Source: Octopus vulgaris (lineage: Eukaryota). From it: a DNA stretch of 64,000 bases. Positions within the stretch are counted from its first letter, which is position 1, and every line of letters begins with the position of its first letter. The notes under the pieces were generated by a model. The model saw only the letters and a list, made by a program, of their open reading frames with translations. It was not told the DNA's origin and did not search any database. Of the stretch, positions 28,611 to 42,620 are shown piece after piece. The position numbers were made by a program, and so were the translations under genes. Where the stretch lies: positions 73,594,001 to 73,658,000 of the forward strand of contig OX597821.1 in NCBI GenBank assembly GCA_951406725.2, in the 5' to 3' direction.

Positions 28611-29470
28611 TTATAAAATATAGTTTTTACATTTCATTAGAAAAGTGTAAATTAGTAAACTTCCTGATAACCTGCAATACTTGTTATTCCCTAATATATA
28701 TATATATAAAATGGGTCAAGAATGCAAAACATTCGGACAGTTAGGTGATACAAAAATGGGACAACAAAACATCCAGATGGACGAGACAAATATTTTCGTC
28801 GCTTTGAGACCGCGACCTGTTCACTGACAAAATTCCGTGTTGCATCTATATATATAACGGTCTTCTACCAGTTTCCTTCTACCAAATCCACTCACAAGGG
28901 TTTGGTCAGCCGAAGGTTATAGTAGAAGACACTTGCCCAAGGTGCCACACAGTGGGACTGAACCCAGAAGCATGTGTTTGGGAAGCAAACTTCTTACGAC
29001 ACACCTACTATTAGTCGTACGTTTATTTTGTTCGTGACGTGTGTGTGTGTGTGTGTATGATGACGAAGAAGAAAAAGAAGAAGCAGTGATTGCATACCCT
29101 GGAATTTCCAGCGTATCAAGTCACTGGACTGGTGATTAGATAAACCATTCATCCATCCCTCCATCCATCCCTCCATCCCTCCATCCATCCATTCATCCAC
29201 ACAAATACATGTATATATTTAGTGTGTGTGCATATATGTATGCATGTGTGTGTATGCGCGTATATATGTGGGTTTGTATTTGCGTACGTAAGTGTGCACA
29301 TACGTAACATCTGTGTATTTATGCATATCCGTGCTGCGATTTACCCGCCCCCTTGCGGCACAAAACTTAAAAGGATAAAATCGTTACCTCCACAGAACGA
29401 AGGCTATTCTTTCCCCTAAATGTTCAAAGATGACTACAAATATGTTTACTGAAAAGAGATTAGCGTTGGA

Positions 29471-29625
29471 AGGCGGGCGGAGCTGGCAGAATCGTTAGCA
29501 CGCCGGGCGAAATGCTTAGCAGTATTTCGTCTTTACGTTCTGAGTTCAAATTCCGCCGTGGTCGATCTAATCGACTGGTCCCCTCCCCGAAAATTTCAGG
29601 CCTTGTGCCAAGAGTAGAAAAGAAA
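29471..29625 (+). mobile_element. SINE family A, internally deleted
   Basis: Head and tail present, flanked by AGCGTTGG repeats. More decayed copies lie near 1605-1765, 6120-6265, 8995-9196, 14266-14462, 14790-14980, 15978-16165, 19100-19240, 49311-49522, 58020-58140 and 60910-61110. Confidence 0.8.
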
Positions 29626-29939
29626 TAAGCGTTGGGATTAATTTGATCACCTGAAACTCATGAATTTGATACTATACAGCATGACCAAGGACTGAAACTT
29701 GAAAATTAATTAAGTGTTAAATGGTAGTTAAGCTCTTTTGTCTATCAAGACGTTCATTATTTAATTAGTATGGTAATTATCTTCGTTAATTATTGCTAGT
29801 AAAATATCATATCGTAAGTTCAAATTCTACAGAAGTAAAACAAATTTTAATAAATATCTGCTGCTTATTTTAAAACTTCAGCTTAATCTTCATGTTGTGG
29901 AGATGGAATGAAGCCAGCCGGGCCTGTCCTGAACTTCAA

Positions 29940-30245
29940 TGTCCCATGCTTTGGGATCGATTCCAGTCAGTTTTAGGCTTTGTTTCAGTTGGTCCTTGCA
30001 TTGACAGAGGGGATACAAGTATCAGATCATTTTGAAAATGAACGACAGAAGAAAGAAGAAGAGAAACGAGAAGAAAGAAAATGGAGGCTGCAACAATTAA
30101 AACCTCCGCCACGGATCCGTTGTGAACTTTGCAACAGACGCTTCCTCGCAAGAATCGGCCTCATTAGTCATCGGACAGAGAGGAAGAAGTGGCCAAGAAG
30201 AAACCAGATAAATCATCGGACACACGATTAAACGCCGACGACGAG
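29940..30245 (+). mobile_element. RTE-clade LINE 3' end with terminal C2H2 finger
   Basis: FENERQKKEEEKREERK..CELCNRRFLARIGLISH, then a short 3' UTR ending cgacgacga. Confidence 0.7.
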
Positions 30246-30419
30246 TTTTCATACTGCATACATGGGACCAAAGACAGTCCAGCTACTATTAATGCGCAGC
30301 ATCTCGGTCATATGTCTTTTACTATAACCCAGGGATGACCAGTGCATAAGATCGGAAGACGGAAACTGTATGGAAGACTGTCGTGTATATATATATATAT
30401 ATATATATCACCTTGATCA

Positions 30420-30751
30420 ACTTGACTGACTAGTCCGTCGGGCGTCCATTTGACACCGCTGGTCACAGCACGCTGTCCACTCCTCTCTGGATCGCGCCTT
30501 TCTCATTCACGTGATCCCAATCGTCCTCCTGAAATCGTAACTCCACCGTTGTGGAGGCCTTCCGGGTGGTCATTTCCGCTCGCGCGGGTACCACTCGACA
30601 ACTGATTATCGGTGAGCCGAGTGACGTGTCCAGCCCATCTAAACTTGCTACGTGTATACTCTGCGATGATATCCCTCACGCCGGACTTCTTTCTGATGAT
30701 CTCGCTACTGATGTACTCCCTCAACGAGATACCAAACATCGACCTTTCCAT

Positions 30752-30752
<1 letters not shown>
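30420..30752 (-). mobile_element. RTE-clade LINE 3' fragment
   Basis: MERSMFGISLREYISSEIIRKKSGVRDII..KFRWAGHVTRLTDN, then GRPPQRW. This is the typical post-RT RTE C-terminus. Confidence 0.85.
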
Positions 30753-30834
<82 letters not shown>

Positions 30835-32017
30835 CATACACACAAATATTCTATAATTATAAACATAATTATAGAATAATTGCATAATTTTACCTCAAAA
30901 GGTTATTTTAACGTACCGAACTACTTGGTAAAATTATTAATTAGTTAATTAATTAATTTTACCCTTTTATTATTATTGAAATTATATATATATATATATA
31001 AATAGATAGACACACGCACGCACGCACACACATGCATATGTATATGTGTGTGTGTGTGTGTGCGTGTAATTATATATGTGTATGTGAGTGGGCAAGTGTG
31101 TGTGTGTGTGTGTGCGTTTCAGTGTGAATGTCTTTGAGTGTTGGTTTGTTTATATCCTCGTTACCTTGTAGTTCAGCAAAAGGAACCGATAGAATAAGCT
31201 CCAGACTTAAGAAAGAAAGTCCTGGGGTCGATTTATACGAGTAAATCTTCGTAGCGATGCACCAATATGGCCGCAGTCCAATAACTTAAACGAGTAAAAG
31301 ACTATACCCAGTCCACAATATATTATGTTTTGCATGTAGTCAAAAGAAACCTTGGACAGAGTACAGCTAAAGGGATGATTCCGCCCCAGCAGTAGCAATG
31401 AGACACAAAATAATGGTTGGGAATAAGTTATTCAGAAACGAGAAGAAGCAATTTGCTTTAAGTAAAGAAAAAAGGGAAAAAATAAACAAAAAGTTTAAAA
31501 CAACAACAACAACAACAGCAGCAACAGCAACAAAATGAGGTTCTCATCTGGTAGTGGGGATGTCTATGTAATAATATATTGTCCGAAGAAGCAACCAGTG
31601 TAGGACAGATTTTGAATCGTTGGACGTATGTGGCGTGAGAAAAGATGGCAGCCATTGATGAAACTAGGCGGGAAACTCACCAAGTACAAGTTGTGAAGTC
31701 AAGAACAGCTGAGAAACATCATCTTGCTTTGCTGAAGCTGAAAATGCGAGCCTCTTGACGTGCAAAATAACTGTCAGTCAGAAAACGTTCTTTTCAATGT
31801 CCGAACAATGAAAACTGTGACTGTTTCAACATTTCTTCCGGCTCAGTTCCACATACCTATTAGTCCGTTCACGGATTTTATACATTATGCATCAAATAAT
31901 GTAATTTCATTATTTTTTTATATGAATTTTTGTTTTCTTTTTGCCTTCTTTGTTTTTGTTTTAACGCTATTAAACAAAAAACAACACTAAAACGCAATGC
32001 ATCCTAAATATATATAA

Positions 32018-32083
<66 letters not shown>

Positions 32084-32361
32084 GTATATATATGTTTGTA
32101 TGTACTTGTGTGCATGAGTATGTATACACAGACACACATATGTAAATATATATATATGTGTGTCTATCTATATGTATTTATGTAAACACACACACACATA
32201 TTCTCTCAACCAGTATACCTAGGATAGATTGCGCTGCATCAACTCCAAACGAGAATATTGGTTGAGCTACGATGGTAAGATCGACAAAGGCAAGAAAAGT
32301 AGCAGAAGGAACAATAATAAATTTGATGACATCCGACGAAAACATAAAGATACCGAAACAA

Positions 32362-32422
<61 letters not shown>

Positions 32423-32980
32423 GCAAAAAATAAGCGAAAAATGGTAAAGAAGAACAACAGAGCAATGGAAGAGAAAATGAAGTTGCTGATCCAATGCAGT
32501 TATTATTAATGGTATTGTTAGATGAGTTGAGGCGTGGAGTGTTGTTTGCGACAGATCGCTGCAAAGATAAGCGGATGGAGCGATATTTGGAAATGGAGAC
32601 AAGGTAAAGAAAAAAAAAAGGGCAAAGAATAACAGGAGTGATGTTTTTTTTTATTTATTAAAAGGAAAAGGAAAAAAAATAGTGTGATATGGTAACAGTA
32701 ATTTTCTTTCAGACAGTGACAGTTCTACTGCTAGCACCAGCCCCACCACGACCACCACCACCACCAACAACAACAGCAACGACGAAAACATAGCAAAAAA
32801 TACGGAGCTTTAGAATGTTCTGTTTTTTATTTTTCTGGGAGAGAACGTATGTTTCTAATGATTTTTTTCTTCTACAAATTCACTTCTTTATTATCAAGGC
32901 TTTTCCCAACAGGGATTTGAAAATAATGAGATAGAGCATTCAGTTAAGGTCTCAGATGTGTTGATATAACGCACATGCTG

Positions 32981-33034
<54 letters not shown>

Positions 33035-33521
33035 TATATAGACACGTGTGTGTGCACACCGACTACTATGTCTATAATTATTTATATATACACACATGCA
33101 CAAACGTGTATATATGAATATATATGAGGGTATAATACAGGTGAATGAGCATGTATATAACCACACATATATAATTGTGTATATAAATGTAATGTAAATA
33201 ATATATACAAACAAAAAATATCCAGACACAATATATACACAAACACATGTATTTTATTCCCAAAGAAAAGAAAAATTCCGTGTTCGAAGCGTTAAGAAAT
33301 AGTTAAGTTTCTTCTCAATCTGTAGCTCAGTTTTATTGTTCGCATCCTTTATTATACTACAGCACCAGCATTTAATTATAATTAATTAATATTCTATCAT
33401 CCCAAAACACTGCTTAATTATTTCCACACATTATTCCTTCATCCCACAACAGTGTTTAATTATTCTTATACATTATTCTCCTCATCCTGCAAATTTGTTT
33501 CATTACTACAATACTTTAATC

Positions 33522-34183
33522 TAGTTTTTCTCAACCATCTTTTACCTGCTGACCCCTTTGGTTCTCATTTTACTCCACTAGACCCTCATAGCCTTTCGAT
33601 ATTAAAAAAAAAAAACTATTATATTTCTATTATTAAATATTACCAAGGCGGCGAGCTGGCAGAAACGTTAGCACGCCGGGCGAAATGCGTAGCCGTATTT
33701 CGTCTGCGTTCAAATTCCGCCGAGGTCGACTTTGCTTTTCATCCTTTCGGGGTCGATAAATTAAGTACCAGTTACTCACTGGGGTCGATGTAATCGACTT
33801 ATTCCGTTTATCTGTCCTTGTTTATCCTGTCTGTGTTTAGCACCTTGTGGGTAGTAAAGAAATAGGTATTTCGTCTGTCTTTACGTTCTGAGTTGAAATT
33901 CCGCCGAGGTCGACTTTGCCTTTCATCCTTTCGGGGTCAATAAATTAAGTACCAGTTGCGTACTGGGGTTGATCTAATCGACTGGCCCCCTTCCCCAAAC
34001 ATTTCGGGCCTTGTGCCTAGAGCAGGAAGGCTTATTGAATAATATTAGGAATAGTATTAAAACAAAAATTGTTAAAATGTTTTGTGTATTGTAGAAATAG
34101 ACGAATTTATTGGACATAAACTGTAACAGCAAAATTTTGTGTGGACCCTCGAGGGTCACTTGGACCCCGGTGGAGAACCCCTG
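33522..34183. mobile_element. hAT-type MITE interrupted by a SINE
   Basis: Imperfect TIRs TAGTTTTTCTCAACC and GGTGGAGAACCCCTG. 8-bp TSD CTTTAATC (33514-21) / CTTCAATC (34184-91). SINE-A inserted at 33647-34025. Confidence 0.75.
33647..34025 (+). mobile_element. tRNA-derived SINE family A, nested/dimeric copy
   Basis: Head GGCGGCGAGCTGGCAGAAACGTTAGCACGCCGGG, B-box-like GTTCAAATTCC, central CTTTCATCCTTTCGGGGTCGATAAATTAAGTACCAG. About 20 related copies in the window. Confidence 0.85.
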
Positions 34184-35084
34184 CTTCAATCCTTCCCTCA
34201 ACAGTTTCATTCTTCTCCTACATACAAACATTATCATCGCACAACATTATTTAATTTTTCTTATATTCCACCCCCCCCATTCCGCCATCCACGGCTGTTC
34301 CAGACATTACTACATTTCATGCGACACACATTAACTCTAATTGTATATTTTATAATCAAAGCAAGCCATCCATGACCAACCTGTTGTACATTCAGCCTTA
34401 GTGTATCTAGGACTACACTATATATTGCATTTGTTTTCTAAAAAGCGATGCGTTGTGGTTCCGTATTCTTCAGAAGCGATCTACGTTCCTTTTCCACCTG
34501 GTCCTGGAGCCACACAATAACTTCGCTACACCGCACTGCTACACCATGTTCAGACACGAGGATGGGTTAAAGTCAATACTTCTCACTAACAGGAAAAGAA
34601 AAAAAATGGCTTCTCACCACCAGTGCCAACATCACCAGCAACATCAGCACTACCGCCGCCGCCACCACCACAACTATAACACCATCGCTAGTACTAATAA
34701 CACCAACTACACAAATGAAACAAATAAAATTCTTCAATATTTTCTTTTCATCTCAACTATTTAACTTCAGCCTCTCAGCAAATACACGGCGATGTTTAAC
34801 CGCTAATTCCAATATCGTGGTTTTGAAATAACTCTACATTCCAGCTGAGGGTTGTTTGCCGAAGACTCACAGAAATTTCACTTACAGTCAAGAGAACATT
34901 TTCCTGCATTCAGTCGACACATCACTGGTTTTATTTGCAAGGAAACAGTTAAAAGTCAACTTTGTCAGCTCAAAGAAGCAAAGATGCTCGCGAGATCTTT
35001 ATATATATATTTTCATTTAAGTGATATTTTTGAATTTGGTCTGTCCAAACTGTTGACACCTCGCATTTGTAATGTTCCCTACAT

Positions 35085-35478
35085 ACTCTTTTACTTGTGT
35101 CAGTCATTTGACTGTGGCCATGCTGGAGCACCGCCTTTAGTCAAGCAAATCGACCCCACGACTTATTCTTTGTAAGCCTAGTACTTATTCTATCGGTCCC
35201 GAACCGCTAAGTTACGGGGACGTAAACACACTAGCATCGGTTGTCAAGCGATGTTGGGGGCATAAACACAGACACACAAACATATACACGCATACACACA
35301 CACATATATATATATGACGGGCTTCTTTCAGTTTCCGTCTACCAAATCCACTCACAAAGCTTTGGTCGGCCCGAGGCTATAGTAGAAGACACTTGCCCAA
35401 GGTGTCACGCAGTGGAACTGAACCCGGAACCACGTGGTTTGTAAGCAAGCTACATACCACACAGCCACTCCTACGCCT
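35085..35478 (-). mobile_element. SINE family B
   Basis: Reverse-complement match to family B. Confidence 0.85.
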
Positions 35479-36529
35479 ATTAAAACGAACTGTCTTGCTC
35501 AAGAACACAGCACAACAACCCGGTCTGGTAGTCGACATCACATCTGTAAGTCCAGTGCTCTAACCACAGACCTATGCGCCTTTACATACTCAAGAAATAA
35601 AAACGAGAAGTATAAATTTGTATGCACATAAAATCTAAGAGTAGCCAAAAAAAATGTTGAAGTGGAATTTGCTGATATTTTTACTAACTCCGAGACCAAA
35701 ACGGATCTGAAAAACTTTAATCTTTTGCCCACGATTAACAACTGGATGCCCTTCACTGGTACATTTACCCTGACCAAGCTTCCATCTCTCACCTTTTCGA
35801 AAACTTACTTGGGAGGGAAACACTTCTTTCTGTTCACACCCACGTAAGAACACCGAACCATCCCGCAATTGCCTTTCTGATTAGTGGAACGTATTACTTC
35901 CACAAGAAGCAAAAGAGTAGCCCTCTCACGTGGCCAGATATGAACAAGGTAGTGTAAACATTTACCACCTCTCTCGGCCTTCCAGGGGTAGCTTCATCTC
36001 AACCCATTTCTATGTGAGACTAACTGTACGACGTAGAGTATACGGAAGTTATATACGCCTATTACTATGCATTAGGCAGGTCATCTGAAGAGAAACACAC
36101 CTCATACTCTTATCAAATATGGAGAACACAAAATCAAGACAGCAGACTATACTTGGCTGTCACATGACTTTGTAAATGAACAATCTGGTGTGCTTTTTTT
36201 AATGGCCTACCAATGTATACAGTGAGTTTCTCTGCCCTAGGTGTCAAGAAGACACTCAGCAAGGATTGGAAACAGAATTGAAAGATGGTGATGATAATAA
36301 TAATAATGATGATGATGACGATGACGATAGCGACAATACTTTCCAAAATAACAATAATAATGAACAATTCTAGAGTTTAATTATTGTGCTTCAACAAGAA
36401 AGTCAATGTAAACAGACTAAAGAGTCACGTGTAAAGAAAATCAAAACAAATACGAATTCTATGAATACCTATCTATCTATCCATCCATCTATCTAACTAT
36501 CTGTCCATCTGTCTGTCTGTCTGCCTATG

Positions 36530-36602
<73 letters not shown>

Positions 36603-36949
36603 GTTTGTCTATATAAACAAAGAAAAATGACTAAACTTTTTATAAATTAAGTAAAGCAATCATTAATTGTTATATTGGTATATTAATAGGCATTAAACTT
36701 TATAAATAAATCAATGAATGAACATACTTAATTGTTAAAAGTTATATTTGAAATATTTAATGTTTAAATTGAATCTAGGAAAGGATAAAGAGAGATTAAA
36801 GTTTAAAGCTTTAAACGTTTAAAAAAATGCATGAAGGAATGAACTAGAGAAATATAAAAAGAAAATAGATTAAAAAATGTAGCAAAATTAAAAGAAGGGA
36901 AAGAGAGAGGAAAGACAATAGAAATATCGATTGATGAGGAATAAAGATG

Positions 36950-37500
36950 TAAATTGAAGGAAATATTAACTGAATATGATGAATGATGCGAAAAATGAAA
37001 GACGGCGATAGTTAGGGTCAGTTCTTAAATAATTAAGTAATTAAATGAATAAATTATAGAATTATTAAAATCGAAAAACTTTAAAGTTAAAAATATTAAA
37101 AGGAAAATATTAAAAGGAAATAAACAAAATAATGGCTTAAATTAGAGGTTAAAAATTGAAATTTAGAAGCAAAAATTTATATGATAATAATATTAACCTG
37201 TATGTGAAGAAGATAAAAATTGGAAAATGTTGTTTATTTTAAGGTTGAAAGTAAAATATAATAAATTAAAGATAAATATAATGATTGCATAATGAAAAAT
37301 AAGAATAATGCAATAAAATTAATATAGCGGGGAACTGAAGGAAAGAGAACGTATAAAGAAGAGTGGAGGTATGAAGGAGGGTGGGTGCTAGAATTTTATA
37401 AAAGAATTAAATTTAGTATAAAAATATTAGTGGACTATAAAATGTAGTAATTAATACATAAGAGTTATGTAAAATGGCAAAATACAATTGGCGAAAGTAG
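36950..37500 (+). pseudogene. Possible highly decayed Penelope-like ORF relic
   Basis: A-rich strand with ordered fragments NRKTLKL, ENVVY, ELKER and VINT.EL resembling the PLE linker and endonuclease. Many stops, weak evidence. Confidence 0.3.
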
Positions 37501-38544
37501 TTAATTATTAATTGTTTTTGGTAGAATATAGTTGAACCATTAACCGAGTCCAACTGGGCGAAACCGCCACCTGTGAGTTCTTCAGACGTAGTAGCATAGT
37601 AGACAAACAGTAATGGTATGGCCAGCCAATATGCCAGAGCAAATTTACATTCATAAGGACAAGAGCGGAAAATTTCGCTCTTACAGTTTAGGTAAGTGCC
37701 CTGGTTCTTTAGTATGACTTTCTTTGCACAGCCAATCAAAGCCTGCGTCTCCTACTAATATTAAGGTTTTAAGCTTTTCCAGCATCCTCCACTTGACGTC
37801 GTAAAACGCAGCAAGTATCTTCCATACATTGATGATCTTCTGATCCCAGGCGAAGGGACATAACTCAAATGAATTGAAAGAAAGTGTCCTCCTTCAGTTT
37901 TGACTTAGAGGATTTCTTTCCGTTTTTGCTTATAACAGCTGTAAAACCCGCAGCCTGGACGTGACTTTTACGTTCAGCTTTTTTTTCTGACAATTGCCGA
38001 GATTATCTTAACTCGTGGTATGAAATCGATTGGTAAAATGGCTGATAACAAAATATTGTATTGATAACAAAATATGTATTTTGACAATGATGAGAATAAT
38101 GATAATGGTACGCCCACTCTATTAACCAATATAGTGCCTGTTATTTTTTAACTCATGAATTTTTAGACAGCTACAGACACATGCATGCATACACACACAC
38201 ACACACACATGTATATCAAAAGGTCCAAAAGCTCTTCTCGAGCCATACGGTCATGCGGCCGGTTTCCCGATTTCTGCCGTATATATGTTCATCTCCTGGA
38301 CGGTCCGCCGGTCAGCAGCAGGATTTCTTATTTTCGTCGACAGAAAAGAACGCATCAACCATTCCAGGAATCGAAACCACAATCTTACGATCATGAGTGC
38401 AACACCTCAATCACTAAGCTACGCACTTTTATATATATATATATATATAAACCATCCTTCTTTCCTTCTTTCCTGACCGTCCAATGATATATTTGTTCCA
38501 CGTCCTCGCGTTGTTGTGTTTTTTTTGTGCTTTCTTGTTTGGAT

Positions 38545-38548
<4 letters not shown>

Positions 38549-38591
<43 letters not shown>

Positions 38592-38948
38592 CATACATGT
38601 GTACATATATATTCATGCATATATACTTATATATATATATATTCATGTATATATACATATATAGACATATATATATATTCATGTATATATACATATATAT
38701 ACACACATATATATATATATACATACACACATATATACATACACACACACATATATATATATACATACATATATATACATATATATATTCATGTATATAT
38801 ACATATATACATTAATATATATATACATATATATATACATATATACATTAATATATATATACATATATATATACGTTTATATATATATATACATTAATAT
38901 ATTTATGCATAAATATATATACATTTATATATATATATATATATATAA

Positions 38949-38983
<35 letters not shown>

Positions 38984-39146
38984 CATATATATATATAAAT
39001 ACATATATGTATACATATATATACATATATATAAATACATATATGTATACATATATATACATATATGTATACATATATACACATATATATATAAATACAT
39101 ATATGTATACATACATATATATACATATATATATATACATATATGT

Positions 39147-39185
<39 letters not shown>

Positions 39186-39330
39186 TATTTATATATATAT
39201 ATACATGTATATATATATATACATGTATATATATATATACATGTATATATTTATATATTTATACATGTATATATATATATACATATATAGATATACATGT
39301 GTATATATACACACACATAGATAATTGCAC

Positions 39331-39380
<50 letters not shown>

Positions 39381-39390
39381 GTATATATAT
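38549..39390. repeat. (TA)n-rich microsatellite
   Basis: Direct inspection. Confidence 0.95.
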
Positions 39391-39878
39391 CTAAAAAAAA
39401 CACATGCAACGCCGAGATGGATCTCGCAACTGCACGTCTTTTCCGTGTCGGTGGGTCGAGGCCATCTTAATTTTCCCAGTGAACATTAAATCGAAAGCGC
39501 TTCGGCATGTCATCTCCCATTTATATCTGCCCTAAAGATACTCTTCCAAGATAATACTACTACTGTAAGGATTACTGAAGGAAAATTCTAGATTAACTAA
39601 TTTTATTCTATTTACATTTTACTTTGTGTCGGGTGTGCCTTGGTGCGACGGCGGTGGCTGGGTATAGGTGAGGTCGGCTAAATTTATTCTTTTATTTATT
39701 TTTATTTTTCATTTTATTTCTGCTTTACTGTCGTTATTTGTTTTATATCATTACTTTTCTTTATATATCATTTTCAATGATCTTTTCTGATTTTCGTTAT
39801 ATGATGTCGAAGCCATTACTTCTGGTTTTCTGATATACAAATACATACATACGCGCACATATGGATACATACGTACAT

Positions 39879-39954
<76 letters not shown>

Positions 39955-39957
<3 letters not shown>

Positions 39958-40420
39958 GCATGGCTGTGGTAGTCACTTTGCTTTCCAGCCACATGGTTCC
40001 GGGTTCAGTCCCACTGTGTGGAACCTTGGACAAGTATTTTCTACTGTGTTCTCGGGATGACAGAAGCCTTGTGAGCGGATTTGGTATAGGGAAAACTGAA
40101 AGAAGCCCATCGTGTGTGTGTGTGTGCCTATATATATATATATATTATATGTATATATATACATACATGCATACACACACAAACACACTCATATATATGT
40201 GTGTGTGTATGCGTGTATCTTTGTCTATGTGTTTGTCTCCACTTCGTTCGACAACCGGTGTTGGTTTGTCTATGTCCCCGTAACTAAGCGGTTTGGCAGA
40301 TAAAAGAAGTACTAAGCTTAAAAAGTAAGTACTTGTGTCGATTTGTCCGACTAAATCCTTCAACGGTGTGCCCCAGCATGGTCGCAGACCATTGACTGAA
40401 ATGAGTAAAAGATAAAAGAT
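39955..40420 (+). mobile_element. SINE family B
   Basis: Collinear with 50159-50653, more diverged. Confidence 0.8.
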
Positions 40421-40861
40421 GATCTCATCACTGTTACGATTCGCTCAAAGACCGATGAATGTAAGCGATTCTGTTCGATAACTTTGATATGTTGTGAGAC
40501 GTTGCCAGTGTAAGACTTTCTAGCAACCCCCTATTTTAACTTCCAGTAGCTGAAAACTGCTCCCATTCCATCCCCGGGGTTAGCCTGAATCTGATGTAAT
40601 ATACCCCTGCACTATTCATAATACCCCCACCGTCTGATTTATCTACAATGATGAAGTCAAATATTTACGATGCATCATGTTTTGTATTTTTTTTACTAAG
40701 GCGCAGGCGTGGCTGTGTCGTAAGAGGCTTGCTTCCTAACTACATGGTTCTGGGTTCAGCCCCACTGTGTGGAATTTTGGGCAAGTGTCTTCTACTATAG
40801 CCTCGGGCCGACCAAAGCCTTATGAGTGGATTTGGTAGAGGGAAACTGAAAGTACCCCGTC

Positions 40862-40909
<48 letters not shown>

Positions 40910-40912
<3 letters not shown>

Positions 40913-41423
40913 ATGCATTTCTAAATGTCTCAGAGATTTATAAAGTAGTAACACGATAAAGTGGTGGTGTGCTGTCAACTTAATGTGACAGTTCCATGAA
41001 AGGGAATAATATTACTGCTATTTAGCCCTAGGAAGCAGCACTGCTTCCTGTCGGCCATGAAACATTTCCTGTGTCCTTATGTTTACAAAAGGGGAGATAA
41101 GCACCTTCACCCAGCAAAGCCAGCGTCCAGAGACTAGTTTCTGAGTCATTACTTGTCATCAGTCTGGAGTAGCCTGGCTTTTTATCTGTCGATGCCTATC
41201 TGCCTCTGTAAGCACATATATTTCAAGTGAAATGACGAGCAATGATTCAGAAACTAGTCTCTGGTTGCTGGCTTAGCTGAGTGGAGGTACTTATCTCCCC
41301 CTTGTAAACATAAGGATACAGGAAATGTGTCAAGGTCGACAGGAAGCGGTGCTTCCTAGGACTAAGTAACAGTTGTATTCTTCCCTTTCATGGGACTGTC
41401 AGATTAAGTTGACAGCATGCCAC

Positions 41424-41430
<7 letters not shown>
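40910..41430. mobile_element. Fold-back hammerhead element inserted in the internal (TA)n of a SINE-B copy
   Basis: Diverged ~200-bp inverted arms (~40958-41159 and ~41233-41429). (TA)n on both sides. SINE-B continues on both sides. Confidence 0.75.
41119..41178 (-). ncRNA. Type I minimal hammerhead ribozyme
   Basis: Minus strand reads GCCAG-GCUACU-CCAGA / CUGAUGA / C-AAGU-AAUG-ACUC-A / GAAA / C-UA-G / UC / UCUGG-ACG-CUGGC. Stem I has an internal loop and stem III is palindromic (ACUAGU). Confidence 0.8.
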
Positions 41431-41512
<82 letters not shown>

Positions 41513-42255
41513 TGTGTCTATCTTTGTTGTCCCGTCAACATTGCTTGACAACCGATGTCGATGTGTTTATGTCCCCGTAACTTAGCGATTCGGCAAAAGA
41601 GAGACCGATGGAATAAGTACTAGGCTTACAAATAATAAGTCTTGGGATCGACTTGTTCGACTAAAGGCTGTGCACCTGCATAGCCGCAGTGAAATGACTG
41701 AAACAAGTAAAAGAAGAAAGAATCTCAAACGCTTTCTTCCTGATTAATACACGTTTACCTTATGCATGCCTGAAATACAGTAATCAATCATACATCGATA
41801 GTTTCGCTCTTTATCTCCTTTGATTCAACCTCATAAATTCTTCTGATCGATAAATGTATAAAATGCAACATTCTTCAAATATTGTTTGCAGTTATTGTAT
41901 TTTTTTCAATATTGTCCATTGTCGGGATTTGTATAATCTGTTAATCAGAATTAAATTGGTTTATAGGACTTCCTACAAATATTTAATTTCTAGTTAGGTT
42001 TTTAGCAGAGTTGAACCTCGTAAAGAATATCAAGAGTTAAAATTCATTATGATCACATGAAATTGCAACATTATCATTAAGTACTTATTCATGATTAGCA
42101 TAAATGAAATCGGTTAGCTATGTAAATTTTATTTCATAAAAAAAATGTATATCTAAGCCAATATAAACTTCTGTATATTTTCCTTCTTTTTATATTTTTC
42201 ATTACATTCACCACATGGAATTTTTTCTCGAACTTTTCACCAAATATAGATAATT

Positions 42256-42620
42256 CTTTTCTACTCTAGGCACAAGGCCCGAAATTTTTGGGGAGGGGGC
42301 CAGTCGATTAGATAGACCCAGAAAGGATGAAATGTAAAGTGACTTCGGCGGAATTTGGACTCAGATCTTAAAGACAGACGAAATACCTAATTCTTTACTA
42401 CCCACAAGGGGCTACACACAGAGGGGACAAACAAGGACAGACAAACGGATTAAGTCAATTATATTGACCCCAGTGCATAACTGGTACTTATTTAATCGAC
42501 CCCGAAAGGATGAAAGGCAACGTCAACCTCGGCGGAATTTGAACTCGGAACGTAACGGCAGACGATATACCGCTAAGCATCTCGCCCGGCGTGCTAACGA
42601 TTCTGCCAACTCGCCGCCTT
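42256..42620 (-). mobile_element. SINE family A, nested/dimeric copy
   Basis: Reverse complement of the family A head, core and tails. Junction at 42387/42388. Confidence 0.85.

Larger units (their letters stand above)
40700..41722 (+). mobile_element. SINE family B split by a hammerhead element
   Basis: 5' half 40700-40862 and 3' half ~41475-41722. Confidence 0.85.

Noticed and set aside
31646-31759. 37-codon ORF MAAIDETRRETHQVQVV.. in a unique island
   Set aside because: No recognisable domain or splice support. A small host exon cannot be excluded without RNA data.
37550-37592. GGCGAAACCGCC hairpin next to a minus-strand CTGAAGA
   Set aside because: The two half-cores are on opposite strands, so no hammerhead can be closed.
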